DNA of 64,000 nucleotides from Octopus vulgaris (lineage: Eukaryota), in NCBI GenBank assembly GCA_951406725.2, contig OX597825.1, forward strand, positions 69,130,001 through 69,194,000. The letters are read 5' to 3'. Every line of letters begins with the position of its first letter. Within the stretch, counting starts at the first letter, position 1. The notes beneath the pieces were generated by a model. That model worked only from the letters and a program-made list of their open reading frames with translations, had not been told where the DNA came from and ran no database searches. Shown piece after piece: positions 26,853-41,319 of the stretch. The position numbers and the translations under genes were made by a program.

Positions 26853-27255
26853 CTTTACTCTCTTTTACTCTTTTACTTGTTTCAGTCATTTGACTGCGGC
26901 CATGCTGGAGCACCGCTTTTAGTCGAGCAAATCGACCCCAGGACTTATTCTTTGTAAGCCCAGTATTTATTCTATCGGTCTCTTTTTGCCGAACCGCTAG
27001 GTGACGGGGACGTAAACACACCAGCATCGGTTGTCAAGCAATGCTAGGGGGACAAACACAGACACACAAACACACACATACATATATATATACATATATA
27101 CGACGGGCTTCTTTCAGTTTCCGTCTACCAAATCCACTCACAAGGCATTGGTCAGCCCGGGGCTATAGCAGAAGACACTTGCCCAAGATGCCACGCAGTG
27201 GGACTGAAGCCGGAACCATGTGGTTGGTAAACAAGCTACTTACCACACAGCCACT
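26853..27255 (-). mobile_element. Near full-length SINE family A
   Basis: Head to (gtaaaaga)n tail on the minus strand. Confidence 0.9.
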
Positions 27256-27589
27256 ATGACGCCAATATTATAATGGCTTAAAAATGTTGGCACCAGGCCG
27301 TAAGTTTGATATGAGGGCGTTTTCGATATATTCAACTTTATTTTATCGACCCAGAAATAATGAAAGGCAAAGGTGACCTCGGTGGTATTTGAAACTGAAC
27401 TTAATGAATAGGAAAAAATATCACTATGTATTTTGTCCAGTGTGTGAACGATTCTGCCATCCCACCACATAAATGACCCTCCTAATAAAAAGAAGCAAGT
27501 TTAAGAGCAAATTGCATCACTACTAAAAGAAGAATATTCCATGTGGGTCCCTCTTTTTTAACCTTTCATAACCACATTTAATCAGCATG

Positions 27590-28200
27590 TGTTAAACCAG
27601 ACACGACTCGGTTATAGAGACAATGGGATGATAATTAAACATCGTTTATACACGGATGACCTTAAGATGTTATACTGCAAAAAAAAAAAAAAAAAAAAAA
27701 CCCAGCAATGAACTGGAGACACTGTTACATAGCTTATAAGATTTTTGTAGAGAAACATACCATGCAATTCCGCAAGAAATTTTATGCAATAGCAACTAAG
27801 GAAAATAAAACATTAAAAAAAGCCTCCAGTAAAATCACGCTGAAGAAATAGAGATAAGACGATTATACGAAACATGGAATTATAAATACTTAGGAATTTC
27901 TGAAATAGACAGTCTATAACACAGACAACTGAGAAAAAAGAAGGTTAAGCGGGAATATTATAAACGCATTAGATTAATACATACAAAAATCTGAGCTAAA
28001 TATTAATACCTAAAGTATAGAAATAGCTTAGAATATTCTGGTTGCTGCAGTAATAAGTTATAGAATATAAACTTACCCAACTAGATGTTAAACGAATTAG
28101 GATGATGACAGAGAAATAAGAAAATAATGACTTGCTTGCCTCTAGAATACACCTTCGAACAACACATACAGAAAAATTGTATTTATCTTGTGGTAAGGGG
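27590..28200 (+). pseudogene. Highly degraded R4/Dong-type non-LTR RT fragment
   Basis: Remnants of HLLYMDDLK (cat cgt tta tac acg gat gac ctt aag), YKYLGI and EYYKRIRLI..KSELN; many stops and frameshifts. Confidence 0.6.
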
Positions 28201-28201
28201 A

Positions 28202-28343
28202 TTGCTTACCAACCACATGGTTCCGGGTTCAGTCCCACTGCGTGGCACCTTAGGCAAGTGTCTTCAGCTATAGCCTCGGGCCGACCAATGCCTTGTGAGT
28301 GGATTTGGTAGACGGAAACTGAAAGAAGCCTGTCGTATATATG

Positions 28344-28396
<53 letters not shown>

Positions 28397-28566
28397 GTGT
28401 GTGTGTGTATATGTTTGTATGTCTGTGTTTGTCCCCCTAGCATTGCTTGACATACGTCCCCGTCAGTTAGCGGTTCGGCAAAAAGAGACCGATAGAACAA
28501 GTACTGGGCTTACAAAAGAATAAGTCCCGGGGTCGATTTGCTCGACTAAAGGCGGTGCTCCAGGAT
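28202..28566 (+). mobile_element. SINE family A
   Basis: Matches family A body. Confidence 0.85.
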
Positions 28567-30512
28567 GTTTGATAAACAGAAATAGTGATTATTAAAGAAT
28601 TCGCAATTAGGCTGAAAATAGAATTAATATATATTGCGAGATAATTTCGACAAGAAGTAAATAATTTATTTCACTTTCCTTTGATTTACTCAGCTAAAAT
28701 GTGTACAAATCGAGTGCAGGTGCAGTTCTATTCCAATCCAATTGTCTGACCCTCGATGTGCAAAAGGCGAACGAGTCGCAAGGGTGCCTGTATCTGCTCG
28801 CGACAACACAGGTAGCTCTACCAGCGGAAGCACATAGCATGTTATTAAGCCATAGCTTTACGTTGGTGACGTCTGCTCTCTCTCTCTATATATATATATA
28901 TCGCTCTTTATATGTATAATCGATGCCATAATCAAGTTGCATCATTCAAACGTAAATACAAATGTCACAACACATCTCTGGACAACTTAATATGGAACCT
29001 GACACAAATCTAACACACCCTCTCCCAGTTCGTGATAAGAATTGTCTACTCATATGACGTGGTAATCTTTAGAAGAGATTTTCTGTATATTACAATCCAA
29101 TGAAGGGGTAATTGACAAATATTCGAACCTTATTATAAGATGCAACAACAAATTTGGAAAAACTTTTAGGAAGTACTTCGGAAAAATATTTATGGAGAAT
29201 GATTATTTGTTTTTGTTGGATCTGATATCCAACTCTGAAACCTATGATTAGTTTGTCAAAAATTAGTGTGTGGAATATAATATAATATATTGAGACCCCA
29301 CTTCGGTCATGGCTGATCGTAGGATTGCACCTAGGAAGTTACCATCCCAGGCACAAGTCCGAGCAAGGTTGTTTATGGAAGACCAGCAGTCGTCCATGCA
29401 TACCGGCCTCCGCTCTCCAGGCCACCAGTGTTATCCAAGGGAAAGGTAACAGCAGATACAGCTTGGCACATGTGACGTCGCAACTCATTTCTACAGCTGA
29501 GTGAACTGGAGAAACGTGAAATAAAGAGTCTTGATCAAGAACACAACACGCAGCCCGGTCTGGGATTCGAACTCACTACCTCATGATCGTAAGCTCGACG
29601 CTCTAACCACTGAGCCATGCCCCTTCACAATATAATAATATAATATAATATAATATTATATTATACAATATATGATATATATATAAGAAAATTACAATCG
29701 AGAATAAGCTTGTATTTCTGTGTAAGTCTGAGTATATACGTGTATGTACATAAATGTATGAGTGTGTATATGTATACTATATCAATTCATCTGTAATCAT
29801 TCTGAATCTCTTTAATTAATCTCCTGATTTATTTGTTTATAACTAACGAAGAAACACATTTTAACAAAGAAATAACAAATTTTATCTACCTAGAACATGG
29901 TCTGTATCAGTGTATCTGTGTGCTCGGCAGAGTAGGAGAGTATGATAAATTGTTTTGCTAGCAGTTTACAATTAACTGAATATTGGCGAAAATCTTTGAA
30001 CAATTTGCTCTAGACAACACACAGTAATACCAAGTTACATAGTCAATACTAAATCGTGCGTCCAGCCAGTTTTAATAGCATTCGAGCAGATACTGTCTGT
30101 TAGGAGATGCATGGTTCAGGAGAGAAAAATTCATTATCTAACACTTTCTGTCATTAATTAATTTATTAATTAATTTAGTTAGTTAATCATTTATTTATTT
30201 CCCTTTTCTTTATCCATTTGTTCTCTTCGATTCAGCGTGTCATGACCGATTGGCATGAATTATAGATTTAGTATGTATTTGGTTCTTTTACAATGAAATA
30301 CAAATGAACGGATAAGAACATTTTGGACGAAGGGAATATATTCTTAAAAATACAAGTTCATCGAGCACAAGTCTTTTTTTTTTTTGCATAAACTTCATGA
30401 GTTGATATTTTTGCTGTATTAGTACCACAATACCGATACAATGTGTTGTTACAGATATTAAATGATAAAATCATAGCAATATCCTGATGAAATAGCGATG
30501 AAACAATTCTAG

Positions 30513-30819
<307 letters not shown>

Positions 30820-31021
30820 GGCGATCTACCAGAATCATTAGCACTTATTTACTCTGTCTCTACGTTCTGAGTTCAAATTCCGCCGAGGTCGACTTTGGCA
30901 TTCATACTCTCGGAGTCGATAACATAACTACCAGTTAAGCACTGTACCCGATGAGCTTCTCTGCCCTAGGTGTACGGAAAACGCTCGGCGAGAAATGGAA
31001 GAAAATTTGAAGAAAGAAGGA

Positions 31022-31055
<34 letters not shown>

Positions 31056-31068
31056 AATAATAAAGTAC

Positions 31069-31596
31069 AGACTAAAGGATTTCTAACTGCAGCACAAGAC
31101 CAAAGTGCCCCTCCTCCGCCAGAATGACTTATAATGAAAACTTATAATGAAAAGAAACATAACAAGTAACTGCAGAATATGTGGATGTGGGCAGGAAACA
31201 ATAAACCATATTGTGTATGGCTGCTCAGTCCTGGCTAAGAAGGAATATATTCACAGACACGACAGAGTTGGAACCTACATACATTGGAAGCTGTGCCAAC
31301 ACTACGGAATAACAACAGAAAAAAGATGGTATAGACACACGCCAGAAAAGGACACAGAAAATGAGAAAGCAACCATACTATGGAATATGCCAATACACGC
31401 AGATAGAGAAATCAAGACCAAAAGGCCGGATATAGTTGTCAGAGATCATCAAGAAAAAAATGCATTCTAATTGATGTATCAATACCAACAGATGACAAGG
31501 TTCCTCTAAAAGAAATAGAGAAACTTTCAAAATACAAAGACCTGGAAATAGAGGTAATTCGAATGTGGAGTCTAAAAACAGAAAGAATTCCTATCA
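31069..31596 (+). pseudogene. R4/Dong-clade non-LTR retrotransposon C-terminal fragment (CCHC knuckle + restriction-like endonuclease)
   Basis: GFLTAAQDQ; CRICGCGQETINHIVYGC; RHDRV; KRPDIVV; after a frameshift LIDVSIP..KEIEKLSKYKDLEIEV; preceded by (CAA)n(TAA)n. Confidence 0.85.
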
Positions 31597-31774
31597 AAAT
31601 AAGCACATACATATATACGACGGATTTCTTTCAGTTTCCGTCTACCAAATCCACTCACAAAGCTTTGGTCGGCCCGAGGCTATAGTCGAAGGCACTTGCC
31701 CAAGGTGCCATGCTGTGGGACTGAACCCGGAACCATGTTGTTGGTAAGCAAGCTACTTACCACACAGCCACTCC

Positions 31775-31833
<59 letters not shown>

Positions 31834-31843
31834 TATAAATATA

Positions 31844-31894
<51 letters not shown>

Positions 31895-32805
31895 TATAAT
31901 ATATATATATATATATATGTCTCTCTCTCTCTATATATATATATATACACAAGTGCATCCACACATACGATGGGTTTCCTCACAGTCTCCGTTTACCAAA
32001 TTCATTCACAAAGCATTGGATGGCCAGGCGTTATAGTAGTGGATACCTGTCAAATGTAACGCGCAATGAGACTGAACCCAAAACCACGTGGTTGTGAAGC
32101 GAGCTTCTTAACCACACAGCCACGTCTGCACTCACTAGCTTTTAAACCCCGCACACACACTCACAAACATACACAGACATGCGCACAAACTCACACTCCC
32201 ACAAAAACATAATTACATCTAAATCGGGCACAAGGCCAAGAATTCGGGGTCAGAGAAAAAAGACTAGATTAAACTGACCTAAGTTTTTTGACTAATGGTT
32301 AATTAATTGAACGATGAAAGGAGAACTTGAAATAACGGCTACGTTTGATCTAAAATCTATTCGTGTGGTATTTTATGATATTTTAAAAGAGAACGCCATT
32401 GTTCTGGAACGTGATTAACTGCTGAAACAACAACAGAATGAAAAGAAAAACACCCCCAAAACAAACAAAAAAAAAAATATAGTATTTTGATTGTCGTACC
32501 ATTGAAACTTGTGAAAATATGCATCAGTATTTGTAATGGCAATAAAGGAGATTTATGGACAACATCCTGTGCGACAAGTGAAATCACAAATACAAGAGGT
32601 GAGTAATAGAGTGAAATGCATTACTGGGAGGGACGTAGAATGAAGGGGCCATTTTGTGTAGAAAAGAAAAAATAAATTTTTTTACGGTTGAAAGATGTTT
32701 GCTACTTGTCCTTTGAGAAAGAGTGTACATGAAACAATGAAGAAATTTGTTCTGCATAGCATCCATAAAAATATTCGCCCTCAACGCATCGTGCATATAC
32801 ATGCA

Positions 32806-32902
<97 letters not shown>

Positions 32903-32978
32903 GTCTGTCTGTCTGTCTGTCTGTATGTCTGTCTGTCTTTCTGTCTCTATATCTACCTATCTATCTATCTATTTATGC

Positions 32979-33020
<42 letters not shown>

Positions 33021-33024
<4 letters not shown>

Positions 33025-33434
33025 ATTCTCTAAATGAGATATAGACAGTAACTGCTCCATAACATAAGGGACTAAAGCCATCTGAATATGGCTAGGGACA
33101 GGGCAGGGTGGTGGGGGTGTTACTGTTGCATTTCCCAGGCGAACATCAACGTCGCCAGATAGGCTTGACACCATCTTTATCTATCTATCTATCTACGTGT
33201 GGTAGGCCCCCGCTGCTACCACACGTTGATGATAGGCAATACACCTTGAAACCTAGGTCCGTGTGTGGTTTCCGCTTCATCGGGGAATTATCTCCCTTTG
33301 CAGGATAAAGGACACCGTGATGGTGTCAAGCCTATCTGGCGACATTGATGTTCGCCTGGGGCTAAATGCAACAGTAACACCCCCACCACCCTGCCCTGTC
33401 CCTAGCCATATTCAGATGGCTTTAGTCCCTTATG

Positions 33435-33438
<4 letters not shown>
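33021..33438. mobile_element. Head-to-head PLE-like insertion in (TA)n with hammerhead motif (33220-33265, +)
   Basis: Arms 33059-33176 / 33319-33438; cacacg-TTGATGA-tagg caataca cctt-GAA-ACCTAGGT-C-cgtgtg. Confidence 0.75.
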
Positions 33439-33464
<26 letters not shown>

Positions 33465-33468
<4 letters not shown>

Positions 33469-33780
33469 GAAATATAAATTATAAATTACAAAGTGTGACA
33501 AGAACGCAAAAACACACTAAGAGACGACACAAGAAAACAGACGGGACACTCGAAGCCTCTAATCTTCAGTCGGGAACCGGATCATCTTAGCAATTTCGGC
33601 TGTTTACGAAATTGCTAAGATGATCCGGTTCCCGGCTGCAGATTAGAGGCTTCGAGTGTCCCGTCTGTTTTCTTGTGTCGTCTCTTTGTGTGTTTTTGCG
33701 TTCTTGTCCCACTTTGTAATTTATAATTTATATTTAATTTCTATGCATATATTATTGCAACATAACGTACCCCTATCTCC

Positions 33781-33783
<3 letters not shown>
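33465..33783. mobile_element. Palindromic PLE-like insertion in (TA)n
   Basis: Arms 33470-33598 / 33607-33735, 8-nt spacer, extra ~48-nt tail on the right; related to the repeat at 38408/39199. Confidence 0.7.
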
Positions 33784-33819
<36 letters not shown>

Positions 33820-33822
<3 letters not shown>

Positions 33823-34130
33823 GAGGGAGATAAATTGAATATAAATTTGATTAATATCAATTTAAAACCAGTAGCCTAGCATACAAAAATCTGAAAATTC
33901 AGAGAAAATTCTAATACATGTGTATATTCAAAGGGCCGTATGCTAGAAGTAGATAAACATATATAAATTTAAATAAGGGTAAAAAATTGAATATTAATTT
34001 GATTAGTAGCAATTTAAACCAGTGGCCTAGCATATTGAAAAATCTGAAGATTCAGAAAAATTATATTACATACATATTAGATGGATGACCACTAAGTAGA
34101 CATCTAATATGCTAGATGTAGACCCCATAT
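33820..34130. repeat. Unclassified repeat, two related units; homologous to 58415-58570
   Basis: taatgagggagataaattgaa...ccagtagcctagcatacaaaaatctgaaaa shared between the loci. Confidence 0.7.
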
Positions 34131-34755
34131 GGTCTGACCACTAAGAAAAAATTGCTCTTAAGAAAATTCAGCAAACGTCAGAACGTAAGCGAGCAAGACA
34201 AATGAAAAGATACAAAATATACAAATTAGTCACATACCAAGTTTCATTGTTACCACTTACATATTTACATACGTAAATGTCCGCAAGTCATCAGGTCGTG
34301 TGGGATGATGAATGGAGAGGCATAACGTCGACATCATTAGTAACCATCCAAACACCATGATATTGACTGGAAGTTCGATTTTTATCACTCTCCTTACATA
34401 TCCTCAGATTGCTCTATCAGATTGACTCCCAAACATTTTGAAATGTCCGTATTGGAGATTCAGGCGAGAATTCCCAGCAGTACAGCATTTAGGTTCCAAA
34501 CTTCTGGGAGATTGAGTTGCTGTTTTTCTCACAGACGGTGCCCAACTAACCCGACTATACTATGTAATGGAGAAAATCAAAAACAAGCTATGCACATGAG
34601 CGAAAATAAAAATATAAATTAGCGACGATTTATATTATATATATGTGCGTGTTTGTATGTGTGTGTGTGTGTGTGTGTACTTACATGCATACATACACAC
34701 ACATACACAAGTACGCATCTTCATACTCTTCTATGTATGTATGTATGTATGTATG

Positions 34756-34786
<31 letters not shown>

Positions 34787-34894
34787 GTATGTGTGTATGT
34801 ATGTAAGTATCTATCTATCTGTCTGTCTGTCTGTCTGTCTCTATCTATCTATCTGTCTATCTATCGATCGATCCATCTATCTATTTGCAAATAA

Positions 34895-35014
<120 letters not shown>

Positions 35015-35251
35015 GTATCAGTGAACGTATGTCTATTCCAAATTGTAGCCAAAAGTATTGTAGCTAGATACTTAAACTAAAATCTATTAACGAGTCGCAT
35101 ATCCTTGAAAATTGAAGCACATAGTTACTCGCAATTTGTTATCAGAAATTTTAATGTTTAGCGCCTAAGAGGAAAACAAATATTTTACATCTCTAAGTGC
35201 TGCATTACATATTAGTGAAAAAAATAAATTATTGATTAGTTTACATCTACA

Positions 35252-35851
35252 AGGCGGCGAACTGCCAGAAACGTTAGCAGGCCGGGCGAAATGCGTAGCC
35301 GTATTTCGTCTGCCGTTACGTTCTGAGTTCAAATTCCGCCGAGGTCGACTTTGCCTTTCATCCTTTCGGGGTCGATAAATAAAGTACCAGTTACGCACAG
35401 GGTTCGATACAATCGACTTAATCCGCTTGTCTGTCCTTGTTTGTCCTCTCTGTGTTTGGCCCCTTGTGGGTAGTAAAGAAATAGGTATTTCGTCTGCCGC
35501 TACGTTCTGAGTTCAAATTCCGCCGAGGTCGACTATGCCTTTCATCCTTTCGGGGTCGATAAATGAAGTACCATTTACGCACTGGGGTCGATATAATCAA
35601 CTTAATCCGTTTGTCTGTCCTTGTTTGTCCTCTCTGTGTTTGGCCCCTTGTGGATAGTAAAGAAATAGGTAATTCGTCCGTTTTTAAATTCTGAGTTCAA
35701 ATTCCGCCGAGGTCGACTTTACCTTTCATCCTTTCGGGGTCGATAAATTAAGTACCAGTTACGCACTGGGGTCGATATAATCGACTTAATCCATTTGTTT
35801 GTCCTTGTTTGTCCTCTCTGTGTTTAGCCCCTTGTGAGTAGTAAAGAAATA
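35252..35851 (+). mobile_element. SINE family B trimer with 18-bp TSD
   Basis: One head plus three ~180-bp units; TSD gattagtttacatctaca at 35234-35251 and 35852-35869. Confidence 0.9.
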
Positions 35852-35867
35852 GATTAGTTTACATCTA

Positions 35868-36106
35868 CAGTAATCCCTCGCCTTATCGCGGTACACCTAA
35901 CACGGTAAACATATAGCGGTTTATTATTTAAGCTTACGTCGTTTCCTCCCTTGTATTGCTTTGCATTTATAATAAAATAAATATATACAAATTATAAGAA
36001 TGATAAAAATATATATATACATTACAGTACCGTTTCTTCCTCGCGGATTTTCACTTATCGCGGGTGGTTTTGGAAAGTAACACCCGCAATAGTCGAGGGA
36101 TTACTG
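35868..36106. mobile_element. Tigger/pogo-like MITE
   Basis: TA|CAGTAATCCCTCG ... CGAGGGATTACTG|TA; partial relative at ~56840-56960. Confidence 0.85.
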
Positions 36107-36217
36107 TACCGTTTTAGTAATTGTGTAATACAAGGAAAATCGTGTTTTCTGAGAGCACAAACGAATCTGAAACTCTGGTTATTATTTTTTCCATTTACAT
36201 ATTTTTATGAAGGACTA

Positions 36218-36630
36218 GGAGTGGCTGTGTGGTAAGTAGCTTGTTTACCAGCCACATGGTTCCGGGTTCAGTCCCACTGCGTGGCACCTTGGGCAAGGGT
36301 CTTCTACTATAGCCTCGAGCCGACCAAAGCCTTGTGAGTGGATTTGGTAGACGGAAACTGAAAGAAGCCTGTCGTATATATGTATATATATATATATATA
36401 TATATGCGTGTGTGTTTTTGTGTGTGTGTGTTTGTCCCCCTAGCATTGCTTGACAACTGATGCTGGTGTGTTTATGTCCCCGTTACATAGCGGTTCGGCA
36501 AAAGAGACCGATAGAATAAGTACTGGGCTTACAAAAGAATAAGTCCCGGGGTCGATTTGCTCGATTAAAGGCGGTGCTCCAGCATGACCGTAGTCAAATG
36601 ACTGAAACAAGTAAAAGAGAGTAAAGAGAG
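36218..36630 (+). mobile_element. Near full-length SINE family A
   Basis: Matches family A head, body and tail. Confidence 0.9.
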
Positions 36631-37454
36631 AGAGAGAGACTAAATGAATCTACATTCGTGTTTTTTGGATCACCTAAAAGGTTTTCATCACTTTTTGAAG
36701 ACAGTTTATACAGACTGTCGTGAATTCATCTGATTATATCGAATCTCATCCTTGCTCCCCCAGCAGAGTCCTGTATATACCCCACCCTCCAATTTCCAGG
36801 CCGTGTGCTTATAGAAGAAATGAATTTGTCACTTCGGTGTCTTTTTCTTAGCTAATGCTAACGCGCAGTCTATACTTTTGTGATGGATGAAAAATAACAA
36901 AATACCAAAGCTTAGTGTTTGTAATCATAAAATATCCTTGTGCAGGAAAGCAAATTTCTTAATCAATTTAAGAATACATTTCGACCAATTCAATTTGTAC
37001 ACTTTAATTTCAATACTTAATTCCAACTTAAAGGGAAATATAAATACAAGAGAAGGTAAACTTGAACGATTTATCAGTCTCCCAAGACTCTTATCGATAA
37101 AAGTAGAATAAGAATCGATAACAAAGTGTGAGCTTTATTGCACTATGAATTCAATAAATAAATAAATATATAAACATCGAATCTTTAACGGATTATTAAC
37201 CCCACTATAGACAGATATATGAAAATAGTTATATCAAACAAACAAATGTGTTTACACGATCAATATTTGACAATAATCTTTGAATATCTCTACAGGATCT
37301 GAGAAAGTAAAATACAAAAAATAAAGATGAAATAAGAAATATGTAAAAAAGCGATGACGGCAACGATGTATTTGCTACATATTAGCAAAAATGATTGCAT
37401 TGAAAACGTAACAGCTTATAGTTTACACACACACACTAACACACACACACACAC

Positions 37455-37508
<54 letters not shown>

Positions 37509-38164
37509 GTAAATCTGTTTTGTCTTTCACTAATTGCTTTCCTTACAACATTTCCCCGAAGAAGGATTGTTTCCGTAACGTTGATTTACGCCACTACTTA
37601 CGCCAAATTCACTATACACGTTTTATAGAGCTTTCTACACGATATACATACATAAATACGTACATATATGGCTTAGTGGTTAGGGAATTCGGCTCACGAT
37701 CGTATAGTCGTGAGTTCGATTCCCGGCGATGCGCTGTGTCCCTGATCGCGACACTTTATTTCACGTTGCTCCAGTCCACTCGGCTGGCAAAAATAAGTAG
37801 TACCTGTATTTCAAAGGGCCAGCCTTGTCAAACGCTGTGTCATGTTGAATCTCCCTGAGAGCTTCGGTAAGGGTACTACGGTAAGGGTACTACGGTAAGG
37901 ATGCTTCGTTGATAGTATCAGCTGGGACCCTCGTCTTTGTAACCGACAGAGTGCTCCTCGTATATTATTTTATTCTTGTATTATTTCGCTTGTTTCAATC
38001 ATTTGACTGCGACTATGCTGGAGCACTGCCTTTAGTCGAGCAAATCGACCCCTGGACTTATTCTTTGTAAACCTAGTATTTTTTAGGTCATTTTTGCCGA
38101 ACCGCTAAGTTACAGGGACGTAAACACCTCAGCATCTGTTATATATATATATATATATATATAT

Positions 38165-38396
38165 ACACCAGAGCAAGCACATAAATGCGAAACAAGGCGG
38201 AAAAAATAGAACTCGAATATCAGAGGTACAGTACTATGCTTTATTAAAAAGCAGCATAAATATCGCAAGAACTGTTACTCAAAGTTTCACGTTCCCGTTC
38301 GTTTAGAATCTAAACAAAACTCTCCGACGAACGGGAACGTAGTGAAACTGAGTAACAGTTTTTGTGGTATTTTTGCTGCTTTTTAATAAAGTATAT
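38165..38396. mobile_element. Head-to-head PLE-like insertion with hammerhead-like motif (38315-38363)
   Basis: Arms 38235-38302 / 38327-38394; aaaactct-CCGACGA-acg ggaa cgt-(agt)GAAAC..GTA-acagtttt; relative at ~54905-54970. Confidence 0.6.
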
Positions 38397-38407
38397 AGCA
38401 TTACCAA

Positions 38408-39335
38408 CCGAAATTGCAAAGATAATCTGGAACTCGACTGAGGAAAGAAAACTTCGAATGACCCGTCCGTGTTTTTTTCTTGTCCCTCTTTTGTATCATC
38501 TGTCTGCATGTTTTGTTGGCTTTTTTTGTATCATCTAGCTGTCTGGATGCTTTGCGTTCTTGTCCCATTTTTTGTATTCCTTCTTATATACACATGGCGG
38601 CGTACGTACACTTTGGTCTCTTATATGTAAGTACATCTATATGTATATATCTAAATTTTGTACGATTCTCTTATTCTTTCATTCTTTCTTTCTATCAGCC
38701 CCTTCACACTTACTTCATTCTTTCCACTCTTCTTTCTTCCGTTCCTTCTCACATTTCCTAACTTTCTCTTCATTCTCACCTTTCATCCTCTTTCACTTCA
38801 TTCTCTCCCTTTTTTCTCGTCCCTCCCTAATTCTTCTGTCCCTCGGCCTCTACCTCTCTTCTTTCTCCCCACGTGACCGATGTTCGGCCAAGCTTGACCT
38901 TTCTTTTTTGGTTCGACTACCATCTGTGCAACATCTATATTCCTCGCCATGCCTGTTGTCTCTTATGTCCCTGCCGTGAGGCTTCACTTTCACACACACC
39001 AGCTTAATTCGTCCTTAGTCGAAAGACACCTGTTGTTATGTCCTGTTATTTGCATTTGTATTTGTGTAACATTTCTCCGTTTTTTTTTTTCATGCTTGTT
39101 TTCGTATACTTTCGCTCCTTTCTTCCAAAGAATCTAATGCTCTTAGCTCAAGTTTTCCTTGGGGCTGGCCAAATTGGAGTAATCTCAATTATAATCAGCC
39201 GAAATTGCAAAGATAATCTGGAACTCGACTGAGGAAAGAAAACTTCGAATGATCCGTCCGTGATTTTTCTTGTCCCTCTTTTGTATTATCTGTCTGGATG
39301 TTTTGGGTTCTTGTTCCATTTTTTGTATTCCTTTT
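38408..39335 (+). mobile_element. PLE-like element with direct terminal repeats (38408-38585, 39199-39335)
   Basis: ccgaaattgcaaagataatctggaactcgactgaggaaagaaaacttcgaatga.ccgtccgtg duplicated around a pyrimidine-rich body. Confidence 0.55.
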
Positions 39336-40145
39336 AACACACACACACACACATATTCTTTTCTAACACACATACACACACTATAGCTTTGGCTCAGCAT
39401 ACAACTTTCGCATCATAAAAACTCATAATGCAAATCATACTGCATGGTTAATAAACCCTGAAATATATATAACCAACTGATAAAAATATATACTCGGTAG
39501 AAGAGAAATTAATCTTCTCAGTACGGCGAGCCATAGCTTCTCTCTGAAGCATATGGTATGGTATCTATACAAGCGGTTGTATTTGCGATAACGTATTAAC
39601 GGACAATGAGAGCTGTATGAGTTAAATCACACATATTCTTTGTAATTTTTTAGTGATGGATCTATGAAATCTGTCTTTTACTGTATTTTTAGTTTTTTTT
39701 TCCATTGATAAGCTAAATTCCCCCTTCGCTTTATTAGAAAATTGTGCGTAAGTTGGAAGCACCTTATATACGTTTAGAAAAGCTCATTATTGATATCGAG
39801 TTTTCTTCCAGCATGTATGTATGTATGTATGTATGTCTTTTGACAGTATGTATACAAAAAAACTACACTTCATATCAGAAGCATTATTACTAGAAATGAA
39901 CTGAGGAACCTCAATGGAAGCAGGAACAAAAAACTCAGTAACTAAAAAATTAAAACAAGTATATCATCGTGATTTCAATACGTGACTAATTAAAAGTTGT
40001 TCATTCCATATATATAAATATATATATATATATTAAAATATATATATATATATATATAATATAATTTGATATAATATAAAATAATATAATATAATATAAA
40101 TAATATATAAATATATGCATATATACATACATATATGTACATACC

Positions 40146-40352
40146 TACATATATATGTATATATACATGCATATATGGGTACAGGACATAAAAAAACGTT
40201 GCACACAATGAGAAACGAAACCATAAAAACTATATATATATATATATATATATATAGTTTTTATATATATATAGTTTTTATGGTTTCGTTTCTCATTGTG
40301 TTCAACGTTTTTTTTATGTCCTGTACCCATATATGCATGTATATATACATAT

Positions 40353-40355
<3 letters not shown>
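40146..40355. repeat. Inverted repeat, ~85-bp arms around a (TA)n centre
   Basis: gggtacaggacataaaaaaacgttg.acacaatgagaaacgaaaccataaaaac and its reverse complement. Confidence 0.9.
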
Positions 40356-40443
<88 letters not shown>

Positions 40444-40713
40444 TATTGCAATAGTCTAGTGTTCAAAGGCCCACTGCTCTTCAATGCCCTGTCACAAAAA
40501 TTAAGAAATATTCACAAGATGTAATGTAAGTAGATATCTTCCAAAGGGGACCTACCCATCTTCCTCTCTACAATCCCGGATGAACCAACGACCCGTCATG
40601 AGTTCCCTTTCGAAGATATCTACTTACATTACATCTTGTGAATATTTCTTAATTTTTGTGGCAGGGCATTGAAGAGCAGTGGGCCTTTGAACACTAGACT
40701 ATTGCAGTATATA

Positions 40714-40778
<65 letters not shown>

Positions 40779-40825
40779 GTATATACATACATACATATAC
40801 ATACATATACATACGCTCACACATT

Positions 40826-40858
<33 letters not shown>

Positions 40859-40870
40859 CTCCATTTTTAA

Positions 40871-40916
<46 letters not shown>

Positions 40917-41305
40917 TTTTATTGTTTTAACCATTTCAACCATGCGGCTGCGATCATCCTGGAACACCACCGTGGTTTTTTTTTTTCCTCAGTCTGGGGT
41001 GTTTCACACCACCATTCCTATATGTGCCGTTGTGCCAGCTGTTGGCCTGTTTGGTGTATAAAGGAGTTTGATTCCGCTGCCCTCGTCCGCACCTCATGAC
41101 GGGTCGTTGGTTCATCCGGTATTGTAGAGAGGAGGATGGCTAGTTCCCTTTTGAAGATATCTACTTACATTACATCTTGTGAATATTTCTTAATTTTTGT
41201 GGCAGGACATTGAAGAGCAGTGGGCCTTTGAACACTATACTATTGCAGTATATGGTCTTGAATTTAGATGGAATGAATGGGACCTTTGGTACAATACAAT
41301 GTCTA
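40444..41305 (-). mobile_element. CR1/L2-type LINE 3' end (40915-41305, minus) plus two local copies (40444-40602 inverted, 40601-40710 direct)
   Basis: [21 protein letters not shown] and [25 protein letters not shown]; three copies of the same segment. Confidence 0.8.
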
Positions 41306-41319
41306 TTTGGAAAAGGTAC

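Noticed and set aside
34225-34300. Minus-strand CTGATGA...GAAAC hammerhead candidate
   Set aside because: Stem I does not pair and the stem II junction has ~10 unpaired nt
35252-35851. CRISPR-like or tRNA gene array
   Set aside because: Units are whole ~180-bp SINE bodies without unique spacers; SINE heads do not form complete cloverleafs
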